Shown piece by piece: positions 26,811 to 39,999 of a DNA stretch of 64,000 bases. Position 1 is the first letter of the stretch, and each line of letters opens with the position of its first letter. The position numbers were made by a program, and so were the translations under genes. The notes beneath the pieces are model-generated. The model did no database searches. It was not told the DNA's origin and saw only the letters and a program-made list of their open reading frames with translations. Source of the DNA: Octopus vulgaris (lineage: Eukaryota); NCBI GenBank assembly GCA_951406725.2, contig OX597816.1, forward strand, positions 166,160,001-166,224,000. The letters are read 5' to 3'.

Positions 26811-27311
26811 TGCAGGCCTAGCTGTTAGGAGTGTTTGTCTCCCCTTCGTAAATATATAAGGATACAGGAAATGTGTCAAGGCCGACAGGAAGCTTCGATG
26901 CTTCCTAGGGCTAAACAGCGGTGGTGTAATTCCCTTACAGGACTGTCATGTTAAGTTGACAGTATACAACCACTCTATCGCTCCACCACCGTACATATCT
27001 CTATGAGATATTTAGAAATTTAATATTCCTGATTATAATAAACAATAAAAAAGTAAATATGTGAAGTATTATTACTGTTAGAAACAGTAATAATGAGGTG
27101 GCTAGCAAGACTTCTACTCAAACAGGTATAAAATATTTAAAGAAAAGAAGGGTAAAGATACCGCTTGCTTAAAAATGAAAGTGAAAGGTTAAAAAAACCC
27201 ACCAATTCTATGATAAATACACACATGAGCTTTAATTTTTTAAATTTTTTACTTGCTATACCTCAAAATATACCTCAGAAGTAATTTTTCTTTGGACATA
27301 TTAATACTTAC

Positions 27312-27426
27312 CTATGTTTTATACAGAGTGAACTGTTTGCTACATCTTCAAAAACGGTAACAGGGTAGCTCTGATTCTTAATTCTCAAGTAGACTATTCC
27401 CATAAAGAGTAATGATATAATAACAC
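27312..27426 (-). CDS. SLC2A13: HMIT-like exon (115 nt)
   Basis: ctctag|...|gtaagt; VIISLLFMGIVYLRIKNQSYPVTVFEDVANSSLCIKH(R); phases join both neighbours. Confidence 0.88.
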
Positions 27427-28608
27427 CTAGAGAAAGAATCAAGAATTCCAGGTTTTGGGAAATACTTTAACATCATTGAAATTGTTTAGTATAAGCTGAA
27501 GCATTTAATGAAGAGCCTTGAATCGAGTTTGGAACAAAAGGTGAGAGAATATGTGAGGAACATGAGGGCAAAATGCAGAGTATGAAGGAAATTAGAGGTA
27601 ATATTTATTTTTTAATTATGGCACATAAAATACACCAATCCGACCGTGGCCGTTGCAAGCCTCGCCTGGCACCTGTGCAGGTGGCACGTAAAAAGCACCC
27701 ACTACACTCGCGGAGTGGTTGGCGTTAGGAAGGGCATCCAGCTGTAGAAACATTGCCAGATAAGACTGGAGCCTGGTGCAGCCTTCTGGCTTCCCAGATC
27801 CCCGGTCGAACCGTCCAACCCATGCTAGCATGGAAAGCGGACGTTAAACGATGATGATGATGATGATGGCACAAGCCATACTGGGGGTGGGGATATAATT
27901 TCTGAGATAGTGGTAATGTCACTCTGACTGGACAGGTTTCTGCTTTCCAGGAATACAGAAACAAACATTGAGGTTGAACTAAGAGTGCCCTGAGAGGGCA
28001 GACTCAATATTTCCCTCCAGTTAAAGACATCAGACTATCAGGCATAGTCGATGAGGCATTTGTCAAGGAATGGCATGTGGCCTCCTCATTCCCCTTTGTA
28101 GTTGGCTTCCATGGCCTTCCATCTAGATCAGTATGCTATTTCCTGCAGAAAATAGGTCTGGAACCCAGACAACTAAAGAAAGCCACCAATAAAATAAGCA
28201 GGGCAGTTGAAACTAGCACAAGATGACTATGTTGATAAGAGATTGCAAGTGAGTCCCAGACAGAGAGAATTCCATTTTTATTAATATAGAAGTATTCTAT
28301 ATACAGATTTTAATTTTTGGGCACAAGGCCAGCAATTTCAGGAGCAAGGGTAATGCTAGCATAGAAAAAGGACATTAAATGATGATGACGACGACGACAA
28401 CAATGATGATGCTGATGATGATGATGATGATAACAAAGAATTTGGTAAAATAACTTAATTATCATTAAGCCAGTATTAGGAAAATAAATTGTGACTACGG
28501 TTTGGTGGAAGTTTTTAATTCAGAACTTTTGAAAACAAGACATTTGTATTACAGGGCCAGAGGCAGTTTCAGTCAGGTTGATATCAAAAGGGTTAAATTA
28601 ATCATTTG

Positions 28609-28826
28609 TTAACCCTTTTGTTACCATATTTCTGTTGAGATGCTCTGTGTTTCTTTCAATTAATTTTAAATATAACAAAGAATTTAGTAAAATAACTTAG
28701 TTATCATTAAGCTAGTGTTAGGAACATAAATTGTGACTAAGATTTTAATTCAAAACTTATGAAAACAAGTCATTTGTACTACAGAGCCTGAAACTGTTTC
28801 AACTGGCTTGGTATCAAAAGGGTTAA
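28609..28826. mobile_element. piggyBac-like MITE, with a partial tandem copy at about 28431-28596
   Basis: TTAA|CCCTTTTGTTACCA ... TGGTATCAAAAGGG|TTAA terminal inverted repeats and TTAA target duplication. Confidence 0.8.
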
Positions 28827-31716
28827 CTGGACTTTAACATATTAATTATATAATATCTATTGTCAACCAGATAAGATAGCAATTCGAGTATATAAGTTGT
28901 CTGTTGATACAACTGTCAGTGTAAACAATTCTTCTGGGTTAGGAAATGCTTATTTACATTCTATACTTGTTTTGTTTTTACTAAATTCTTTTATTTTTTT
29001 ACTTGGTTCAATTATTTGACTGCAACAATGCTGAAGCACCGGATTTAGTCAAACAAATCAACCCCAGGACTTATTCTGTGTAAGCCTAGTACTTATTCTG
29101 TCAGTCTCTTTTGCCGAACCACTAAATTATGGACACGTAAACACACTAACATCGGTTATTAAGCAATGATGGGAGGACAAACAAACACACAAATACATAC
29201 ATACATACATCATCATCGTTTAACATCTGCTTTCCATGCTGGCATGGGTTGGATGATTCGTGTGAGGACTGGCAAACCGGGAGGCTGCACCAGGCTCCAA
29301 TCTGATTTGACAAGGTTTCTACAGTTGGATGCCCTTCTTAATGCCAACCACTCAGAGAGTGTAGTGGGTGCTTTTTACATGCCACCAGCACAGGTGCCAG
29401 TCAGACAGCACTGACGATGAGCTTCTTTCAGTTTCTTATTTCTTTATTGCCCACAAGGGGCTAAACATAGAGGGGACAAACAAGGACATTAAGTCGATTA
29501 CATCGACCCCAGTGTGCAACTGGTACTTAATGTTTTGCCCCACCAAAAGGATGAAAGGCAAAGTCGACCTCGGCAGAATTTGAACTCAGAACATAACGGC
29601 AGACGAAATACCACTAAGCATTTCGCCCAGCGTGCTAACGTTACTGCCATGATGATGATGATGATGAGGAGGAGGGGACAATGATGACAGTATGTGATTT
29701 TAGTGGAATTTAGCAGCTATGTTTGACACGCAGCTTGCTACATTTGACATGTGGCTTGATTAGAAAAACGTGAAAATGTTTGATAAAGATTTATATCTTA
29801 GTCAAGAGCCCTTGAGAAAGGACTTGTTCAGAGCTCAAGGAAATACACATATATATGTGGAAGCTTATTCAATTAACATCAACAGTAGTGATGATTAGAT
29901 AAAGGACATAAAGGACTAACTCACAAGTACAAGAGGTGCCTCTTGTATTCAAGTATTACATAAGATTACTATTATAATACAACAGACACTATGTTTTTAC
30001 TAAGTTACTGAACAATATTGAGGTATTGGAGGTTATTTAGAGGAGTGGGAGATTGTTAGAAACTGGGGCAAACTGTATCGCTGTAGATAAGACCATTTTT
30101 GTTTATTGAAATAATATAATTATACTATTAGCTCTACTTTATGGAAATAGCTAAATTTGTGGAGATATTTCAGACGTGGTTTCAATAATTCTATCTTCAT
30201 AAAAATGGGATTGGATATTGTAGTTGTGATACCCGTGCAGGTGGCACGTAGGGCCTCACAGAGGAAATGACGAAGACCGAGACCTCTGAGATATGCTGTG
30301 ACTGTGAAGACCTGACAAATGAAGTGAATTCATGGCTCGCAGGATGGCCTGCTGTGCTAACCTTGGATCGTAGAGTGACCCGCTGTTCTTGAGGAGACCT
30401 ATTGAGTCAAGTACGTTAACACCAACATCAAAATGAAAATCAAATGGAAATTGCAGTTAAGATACCCGTGCCGGTGACACGTTAAAAGCACCATCCGAAT
30501 GTGGCAGATGCTAGTGCCACCTGACTGGCATCTGTGTTGGTGACACGTAAAAGCACCAACCGTTCGTGGCCATTTGCCAGCCTGTTCTGGCCCCTGTGCC
30601 GGTAGCACGTAAAAAGCATCCACTACACTCATGGAGTGGTTGGCGTTAGGGAGGATATCCAGCTGTAGAAACACTGCCAGATCAGACTGGAGCCTGGTGC
30701 AGCCTCCTCGCTTCCCAGACCCTGGTCGAACCGTCCAACCCGTGTTAGCATGGAAAACGGACGTTAAACTATGATGATGATGATGATGATGATATCTATT
30801 TAACCTTATAGAGAATTGTATTTAGAGCATGAAGTACCATGTAAAAGCACCCAGAACACTCTGTAAAGTGGTTGGCATTAGGAAGGGCAGAACATAAGGA
30901 TGGGTGAAATGCTACAAAGAATTCTGCCTGGTGTGCTGATGATTATGTCAGTTTGCTGTCTGAAAGCTAGAAATAATATTATCTTTGAAGAAACATTGAT
31001 ATATCCTAATTCTATAATTTTCCACATTCCTTGAACTGCTGTGAAAGAATGGAAAATAGGAAAGACATGAAGGGGTGTTCATATATAGCAGGGCTAATGA
31101 TAGAATCCCAAAAGGAAGAATAATCCTTTCTACTATTGGCACAAGGCCTGAAATTTGTGGGGGAAGGGGCCAGTCGATTAGATCAACCCCAGTATGCAAC
31201 AGGTACTTAATTTATTGACCCCCAGAAAGGATGTAAGGCAAAGTTGACATCGGTGGAATTTGAACTCAGAATAGAGTAGAGTAGGGTAGGTTTGAGTTAT
31301 GGATCACAAGTGTGACTGTAATAAGAAGTGTTTCCCAATTGTATGGTTTTGGGTTCTGTCCCACTGCATGGCATCTTGAGTTTGGGTCTTCTACTATAGC
31401 TCCAAGCTGACCAAATCTTTGTGGATAAATTTGATTGACGTAAGTGGAAAAGCCCATTGTGTGCACGTGTGTGAGTGTGTGTGTGTGTGTGTGTCTATGC
31501 ATGTGTGTTATTATCTCCTTGCTTTTGACATCATGTAAGAGCTGGCAGCAGGAAGGGTATCTTCCCATAGAAAATCCATAACAAATTCTGTCCAATCAAT
31601 GCTAGCATGTAAAGTGGACATTAAAACAATGGTGCAATAATGATGGTGATTTTGATGATAATGATGATGGTGGTGCTGGTGGTGGTGACAATGAAAAAAT
31701 AAGAAGAACAGCTCAC

Positions 31717-31877
31717 CTAAAGTTGAGAAGAAAAGTAATTTACGTCGTCCAATTCGTTCTATCAGATAAAGACCAACAAACGAGAAAAGGAAGTTTGCAA
31801 ACATTGGTATAGAAGATAACCATAATGCAATCGAGTCGTCTTTTATTTGAGACTTTATAAATATACCACTGTAGAAC
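31717..31877 (-). CDS. SLC2A13: HMIT-like exon (161 nt, TM8-9)
   Basis: tgacag|...|gtgagc; FYSGIFIKSQIKDDSIALWLSSIPMFANFLFSFVGLYLIERIGRRKLLFFSTL(G), ERxGRRxLL motif. Confidence 0.94.
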
Positions 31878-32061
31878 CTGTCAAAAAAACAAAAATTCTT
31901 TGAATACATACATTCTATATTTACTGAATTTCAAGAGTACATAACCAAGGTACAGTGTGATTAAGGGAGAGGTAAAAGTGTAAACCACAGCACAGACCCA
32001 AGCCACACAAAGCTGTGCTCAGTAGTGCAGTGAAAGCACATGATAAAAATAATACCACTGA

Positions 32062-32146
<85 letters not shown>

Positions 32147-33763
32147 GGGACCTTTTGAGCGGGATGGGTAACTCGACCTGAAGAAAATTCTAACTGGGCC
32201 CCACCTTGCAAGGTCATGCGCTGTTAATCTTGATACGAGATCACTATGTTGCACACATATAGTTGTGATGCATGAGCCTGGTGTACCCTTATCAGACGGG
32301 TAGTTGTGATGGGTATATTGGGCTTCATATATTTGTACCACAGTGTCTGTCACTTTGATGGTATATGCTGCTCTCATCATCATCATCATCATCATCATCG
32401 TTTAACGTCTGCTTTCCATGCTAGCATGGGTTGGACGATTTGACTGAGGACTGGCAAACCAGATGGCTGCACCAGGCTCCAATCTTGATCTGGCAGGGTT
32501 TCTACGGCTGGATGCCATCCTAATGCCAACCATTCCAAGAGTGTAGTGGGTGCTTTTACGTGTCACAGGCATGAGGGCCAGTCAGGCGGTACTGGCAATG
32601 GCTACACTCAAATGGTGTTTTTGATGTGCCACCTGCACAGGAGCCAGTCCAGTGGCACTGGCAACAACCTTGCTCAAATGTTTTTTCACATGCCACCAGC
32701 ACAAGTGCCAGTAAGGCGATGCTGGTAACGATCATGCTTGAATGGTACTTTTTACATGCCACTGACACGGAAGCCAGTTGGCTGCTCTGGCAACGATCAT
32801 GCTTGAATGGTACTCTTAGCACTCCACTAGCACGGATGCCAGTCATCAAATTTGATTTTGATTTCAATTTCACTTTCCTCAACAGGTCTGTTATGGAATT
32901 CCATTTTCAAATGATGGCATCAGTCTGACATGATTTGATGATCTGCAGAGCTGTGTCAACCTCCACTTCTGCTTTGGCCTGGTTTCTATAGCTGGATAAC
33001 CTTCCTAATACCAACCACTTTACAGTAGGATCCAGGTGATTTTTTTGTTGAGAACTTGCAAGACATAATAAAGAAAGAAAAGGAAAAAGTGACTTCATTA
33101 GGAAGGGCATCAAGCTGTAGAAACTCTGACAGATCAAGAGTGTATTTGAGAGTGTGGGAGATAGCTTATTCCAGGTGTTGAGGGCTGAAGTATGAAAAAA
33201 GGTCAAGCACAGGTGTCTGGCTATAGAAGAGATGCATGGCTACACTACATTATGAAGGTAGAGGAAAGCAGCTGGAAGGAAGATAAAGATGGTAGTGACA
33301 GGATACCAGAGTGCTGGTGGGGGACAAACACATACACATATGATGAGGTTCTTTTCAGTTTTTGTCTACCAGATCCACTCATAAGACTTTGGTCAGGCTG
33401 AGGCTATGATAGAAAACACTTGCTCAAGGTGCCACACAGTGTGTTCACTATTTTCAATCGACCGATAGACTGATTGAGCAAACTGAACCATAAATACACC
33501 CAACATGCATATCGAAACCAGCTGTACATCAACAATAAAGTCCATTATTTATGTCTTTCCTTATACATCATCATGGAAAAAGATCAGATTAACTTTGTAA
33601 TGCAGCCTTGGATTTACAAAGTCAACTGGTGATGGACTTCCACTTTGGATATTGCCTTATAATTTCCTGGAGTAAATAATCAATTACAAAACAGTTTGTT
33701 TGCCTGGAGCATCACTATCAGCAGAGAGTTTAAGAAGTTATTCTGTCCAGATTGACAATCCCT

Positions 33764-33835
<72 letters not shown>

Positions 33836-33836
33836 C

Positions 33837-33952
<116 letters not shown>

Positions 33953-33969
33953 TATAATAATAATAATGA

Positions 33970-34440
33970 AATTATTGTATACAGTGCTCAGGTGCACCAC
34001 AACTTGTCAAAAGTGTGTATAAAACATATGCAGTAATGTAGAAATGTCTGGGAAGTGAACAGTGTATGAGTCAGATACATACTTGCGTGTGTATGGAGAG
34101 GAGAAAATCAGGTGTAGTGTTGGCGAATCTCAGGAAGCAAGGAAGTTTTGAAGGATGCAGTGCTCCGACAACTAACAACTGATGCCGGCAGTTTGTTCCA
34201 TGCTTCAGCAACTCTTAGCGTGAAAAAATGTTTCCGAAAGTCATGGGAGCTGTGCTGTTTTCTGACTTTGTAAACATGTCCACGGGTGTTAGACAGGTGG
34301 AGTTTGAAAAGGTGCTCAGAGTTATTGTTTGTAAGATGGTTAATAATTTTATGGGTGTCTGCCAAGTCAGCTGCCAGACGTTGGAGTTTATATGTGTCCA
34401 TACCCAGGGAAGTAAGGCATTCAGAATATGGCAAATATGG
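33970..34440 (-). mobile_element. CR1-type LINE 3' end
   Basis: TRGHVYKVRKQHSSHDFRKHFFTLRVAEAWNKLP..FK, the C-terminal motif of CR1 ORF2. Confidence 0.88.
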
Positions 34441-36339
34441 CACACACATCAACACTAGCTCAAGCATAATCCCACATTACGATTTTAAGTAATTTCTAAT
34501 CCTTACTTTCCATATTACTACCAGTATGTGTATTTCTTCAGTTGTGTTCACCTACTTTTCTCCCAAATCTTTTACTATTAGTGACCACAATAACAAAGCA
34601 ACCTCAAATTAGGGCAGCTTTCAGCTCTATTGAATTTTGAAATGCTCATATTACCTACATTTTCTTTTAAACTGCAAAGGTCAAACTGACCTACCCAAGT
34701 TAGTTTGAGTGAAAGTCTATCATACAAAATACAACACCATAGTCTTAGATACAATTCACTCTGTTTTGAATACTATAAACTGACCTTTGAACTTTCAGTC
34801 AAACCAAAGAATGTTGGGTAGCAGCACAACCACACCTAAATTAGTTTCAATTACTAAAGGGTATTCAGTGTTGTTTACTTCTCGGACACACCCAATTTAA
34901 CTGAACCATGAATAAACTCCAGATTTTTCTCCGGCCTTCACAGGCAGTTTAGGGTAAAACTCAGAGTAGATTGCTAATTTTGAAGCACACACACACTCAC
35001 CCACATAGCGTACAGAGTTCTATGCCAGATAATGTTTACACAATGTAATATATATTATTAGTTTACTATTGTTATGTTATTACATGTACGTGTTATATAG
35101 CGTACATATATATTACACACAGAAATAATATATAAATATAAATCATTTGTGTTTGTGTGTATATACATACATACACACTCATATGTATGTATGTATACAC
35201 ACAAATATATCTATACTGACTACTTCCATCAACAATTCAAGAATCAAGTAAGGCGGCAAGCAGGCAGAAACATTAGCACGCAGGGCGAAATGCTTAGCAG
35301 TATTTTGTCTGCCGATATGTTCTGAGTTCAAATTCCGCCGAGGTCGACTTTGCCTTTCATCCTTTCTGGGTCGATAAATTAAGTATCAGTCGCATACTGG
35401 GGTCAATCTAACTGACTAGGGCCTCCTCTCCAAAACTTTCGGGCCATGTCTGGGCTATGTCATTCTTTTACTTGTTTGTTATTTGATGGTGGCCATGCTG
35501 GAGCACCACCTTTAGTTAAACAAATCGACCTCAGGACTTATTCTTTGTAAGCCTGGTACTTATTCTATTGGTCTCTTTTGCCGAATCGCTAAGTTACGGG
35601 AACATAAACACATCAGCATCAGTTATCAAGTGATGGTGTGGGGACAAACACAGACACACACACATAAATATTATCATTCATCGTCATCATCTTTTAACGT
35701 CTGCTTTCCATGCTGGCATGGGTTAGACTGTTTGACTGAAGGCCGGCGAGCCAGAAGGCTGCACCAGTCTCTACCAGAATGTAATGGCAGATGAAATACC
35801 TATTTCTTTACTACCCACAAGGGGCTAAACACAGAGAGGACAAACAAACGGATTAAGTCGATTACATCGGCCCCAGTGCATAACTGGTACTTAATTTATC
35901 GACCCCGAAAGGATGAAAGGCAAAGTCGACCTGGGCGGAATTTGAACTCAGAACGCAAGAGCAGATGAAACACCGCTAAGCATTTCGCTGCCTGGTTGGT
36001 AAGCGAGTTTCTTACCACACAGCCATGCCTGTGCCTATAGCAAGCATCATACCACACAGCCACTCGTTCCAGTTGATTTCATCAACAGAACAGCCTGCTT
36101 ATGACATTAATGTGCACATGGCTGAGTACTCCACAGACATGTGTACCCTTTACATAATTCTCAGAGAGATTCAGTGCAACACACAATGGGGACAAAGCCT
36201 TTTTGAATTACGGGTACAACTCATTTTTGCCACCTGACCAAACTGGGGAAAATGAAATAATGTGCCACTGGAATTTGAACTCACAGCTTTATGAGTGTGA
36301 GCCAAATGCCACTAACCGCTGAGCCATGCACCTTCACCC

Positions 36340-36720
36340 ATGCAAGAAAAACGCCGCCGCCGCCGTGGTGATCTCATTCTTGCTCACAACATCATAAGCG
36401 GAAAGTGTAACCTCTCGAAAGAGCTGTTCTTCACTCCTACTCCAGAGCGTAGGCTGTGGGGTCACTCCGAAAAGCTCTATCTGCAACGATTTCATCTCAA
36501 TCGAAAGAGAGGGACTTTCTCCATCCGGGTTGCGGATACCTGGAATAAGCTGCCGGACGAGATAGTGAAGATGCAGACAACCGCTCGGTTCAAAGTCTCT
36601 CTTGACCAGAAATGGCCTGAACTCTTTGCATGAACAGTCCTGTACATAACTCCATGTCCCCCTACATGGCCTTGCTTTTTGCTTTTTTAGTCAAAAAATT
36701 AACTTAACTTAACTTAACTT
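36340..36720 (+). mobile_element. CR1-type LINE 3' end with (AACTT)n tail
   Basis: RRRRGDLILAH..GHSEKL..FSIRVADTWNKLP..FK. Confidence 0.88.
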
Positions 36721-36787
36721 GAGTACAATGAAAGGAATATTAAAACAATGATGAGAGCTATGAATGAAAGGACACAGGAATACTTAC

Positions 36788-36905
36788 ATAACGACATTGA
36801 TACCAGATAACTGTGCAATAATGTGCAAGGAACAACAAACAAGGAGTGCCCGCCAAACGCATGGAGTTTTTACAATCCTCTTCCAAACATGAAACATAGA
36901 CATTT
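36788..36905 (-). CDS. SLC2A13: HMIT-like exon (118 nt, TM7)
   Basis: ttacag|...|gtaagt; MSMFHVWKRIVKTPCVWRALLVCCSLHIIAQLSGINVV(M), equivalent to QQLSGIN. Confidence 0.92.
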
Positions 36906-37397
36906 CTGTAAAAAAATATAAGCGTTAGGCTTGATTATTTTACTATATTTTTCATAGGGAATTTATTGAAAACAAACAGCATACAAAACAGTTTAGTAGA
37001 GGTTAACATAGTTAATGTCGTGTGATGCCCTTATCAAAGAATATTTAATCAATTAAAATTACATCAGTTTGGAAAGTGTTAATGATAATTCATGATACAA
37101 AAGTCAAGGGAGACAACTCCTTTTGAATCATTGCATTAAATGTGTTAACCCATACTTAACTCTATACTTTTAATGCAGAGGACATCCATGGGAAATTTTT
37201 TTGCATGTTAGTATACAACAACATTATTCATCAAAGAGGCACTTGGCTCCCCAACCCCTCACTCTAGATGGAATTTTCTAATCTGAAGGAAAAAAGCTTT
37301 GATTTGCAGGGTAAGGAATGGTGCAGGAAATGGATTTCATATGAAATATCTCAATTTCTACATTAGAAAATTTTTCTTTTATTAGATAGTCATGCAC

Positions 37398-37467
<70 letters not shown>

Positions 37468-37619
37468 TCACACACACACACGCACACACTCACACACATG
37501 TATATACATACATTATATACATATTATACACGTTCTCAGAGAAATTTAGCATGACACAATGTGACAAGGCCAACCCTTCGGAATTACCGGTATAACTTAT
37601 TTTTAACTGAAGAATGGAC

Positions 37620-39930
37620 AGCTGAACAGGGCTAGTGACTTCAGGCTTAGGACCAGAAAGATCCAGAGGCACAAGCCAATATGGAAAAAGAGGTTGTGAA
37701 AGCTCAAGGACTCCTCAAATGGGAAGAGATTCAGAGGAGTCCTTATGAAGGAAGAGATTGAGACATATGACGTAGAGGACAACAGGAAGTTCCAATGGGA
37801 CAATCTATTAAAGGCAACAGACCAAATCTGTGGTCGGAGCAAAGCCTCTGCCAGACCAAGAGTGATGTGGTGGTGAAACAGTGATGTTGACAGGGCCATA
37901 AAAGAGAAGAGACAAGTCTGGAAGAATGGAAAAAGCAGGTAGCAAAGAATCATATCAGAAAGATAAAAGGGAGGCTAGACATCAGGTTTATCTAGTTAGG
38001 GCTGAAGCAGAAAAGAAGAGGTTTGCCACAGTCCTATAGAGTAAAGATCACACACACACACACATATACACATGTATATACATACATTATATACATATTA
38101 TAAGTGGAGGTGCGTGGCTTAGTGGTTAGGGTGTCAGCACCATGATCGTAAGATTGTGGTTTCGATTCCTGGACCGGGCGACGCGTTGTGTTCTTGAGCA
38201 AAGCACTTCATTTCACGTTGCTCCAGTCCACTCAGCTGGGGAAAATGAGTAACGCTGCGATGAACTGGTGTCCCGTCCAACTGGGAACACATATGCCATA
38301 GAAACCGGGAAACCGGACCCATGAGCCTGGCTAGGCTTTAAAAGGGGTGCATTTATTTTTATTATATACATATTATACATGTGAAGTGGTCTGGATTGCC
38401 AGACAGTGTGTCAGTGAGAATTGAGATACTGCAGGAGAGAAGTGTGTGTGGATGGATAATGGTATGCTTGCACTTAGTGATGTGGACAAGAAAGAGGTGT
38501 GGAAAAGCTACTATACAAGACTGTTGAACGTAGAGAATGAATGGGATAAAGGAAGTCTTTCTCATCTGAACCCAACAGAGGGATTGGCTATCCTAGGGGA
38601 CAGCAGTATGCTAAATAAGGCAATTAAAAACATGAAAACCAGGAAAGTCTGTGATCCATTCGGAATCACGGCTGAGATGCTCAAAATATCCAGTAAGGGC
38701 TAGTCACCTGCATAGTTAATGAGGTCATTCAGGAAGATGTAGTACCCAGTGACTGGCATAGCAGCATAATTGTTAGCTGCTACAAGGGTAAGGGTGATGC
38801 TTTAGATAGAAGCAATTATTAAGCTCCTGGATTAGGTGATGAAAATTATGGGGAGAGTTATTGCCCTATTAATTAGGAGCCAAATCAGTTAGGTGAAATG
38901 CAGTTCGGATTCATTTGGAGAAGTACTACTGATGCTATTTTATAGCCAGGAAACTGCAAGGAAAGTACTTAGCTAAGAATAAACCATTATACTTAGCATT
39001 TGTTGACCTAGAGAAAGCTTTCAATAGAGTGCCCTGCTGTTGTTGTTGTTGTTGTGAAGCAACAAGACGAGTAAGGGTGATTAGGTGATGGTATAGGGCT
39101 TAGGGGTGGGAGACCCCAGACCTTGGAAAAAATACAATTTGGTCGACTTGTTGTAGTCAAGGGCTCTTCATTGACGCCTGACACCACTGGGAGGTGGCCC
39201 TCAAAGTCACTGGAAATGGAGATCTCCAGGTCCAAATTCTTGAATGGCAGAATGCCCTGCTGTGTGATATGGTGAGCACTGAGGAGGCTAGGGAAAGATG
39301 AGTGGCTTGTGAAAGCTGTACAGGCCATGTACAAAGATACTCTCAGTAAAGTGAGAGTTAACCATGAGTACAACGAAGAATTTGGCGTACAGGTAGGGTT
39401 CGTCAAGACTCAGTCCTCAATCCCCTCCTTTTCATCATTGTCCTCCAGGCCATAACAGAGTAATTCACTCATGACAGACAGCCCCTGGGAACTACTATAT
39501 GCTGATGATCTTGCCCCCATAGCAAATTCCATATCAGAGCTGGAAGAGAAATTCAAGGTGTGGAAACAAAACCGGGAATCTAAGGGCCTTAAGGTTAACT
39601 TAGCAAAGACTAAGGTCTTAGTAAGCAAGAAAACAGACAATATCCTACCCGCTTCAGAGGTGACTCTGTTCAATTTGCAGAAAAGGTGTTGGCAGGAACT
39701 CCATACGATTTAGCAATTGCAAGCTATGGACACACAAGAGGTGTAGTAGATTAATGGGATGGCTATCCAAGAAGATAGTTTATAAGTGTGGAAGATGCAA
39801 TGGATCCATAAAAACTAGTGACTTGGGAAATTGATTCTCTCAAATGCCCTGGCAGCTCATTAGAGGTAGTAGATAATTTCTGCTACCTAGGGGAACAAAT
39901 TAGTTGTGGGGGATGCACAGAGACAATGAT
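37620..39930 (+). mobile_element. Older degraded RTE LINE, interrupted by a SINE (38105-38360) and a short insert (39041-39248)
   Basis: Remnants of STTDAI, AFVDLEKAF, ELLYADDL, FCYLG. Confidence 0.85.
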
Positions 39931-39999
39931 AGTTATTCAGCTGGACAGCTTTTCACAACATCACTGAATGTTTTATTTGCTGTATCTTGTATCAGAGGT

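Noticed and set aside
26815-26920. HDV-like ribozyme (GGCC../P4/GCUAA)
   Set aside because: About 50 nt separate the putative P2 and P1' strands, too long for the P3/L3 nested pseudoknot.
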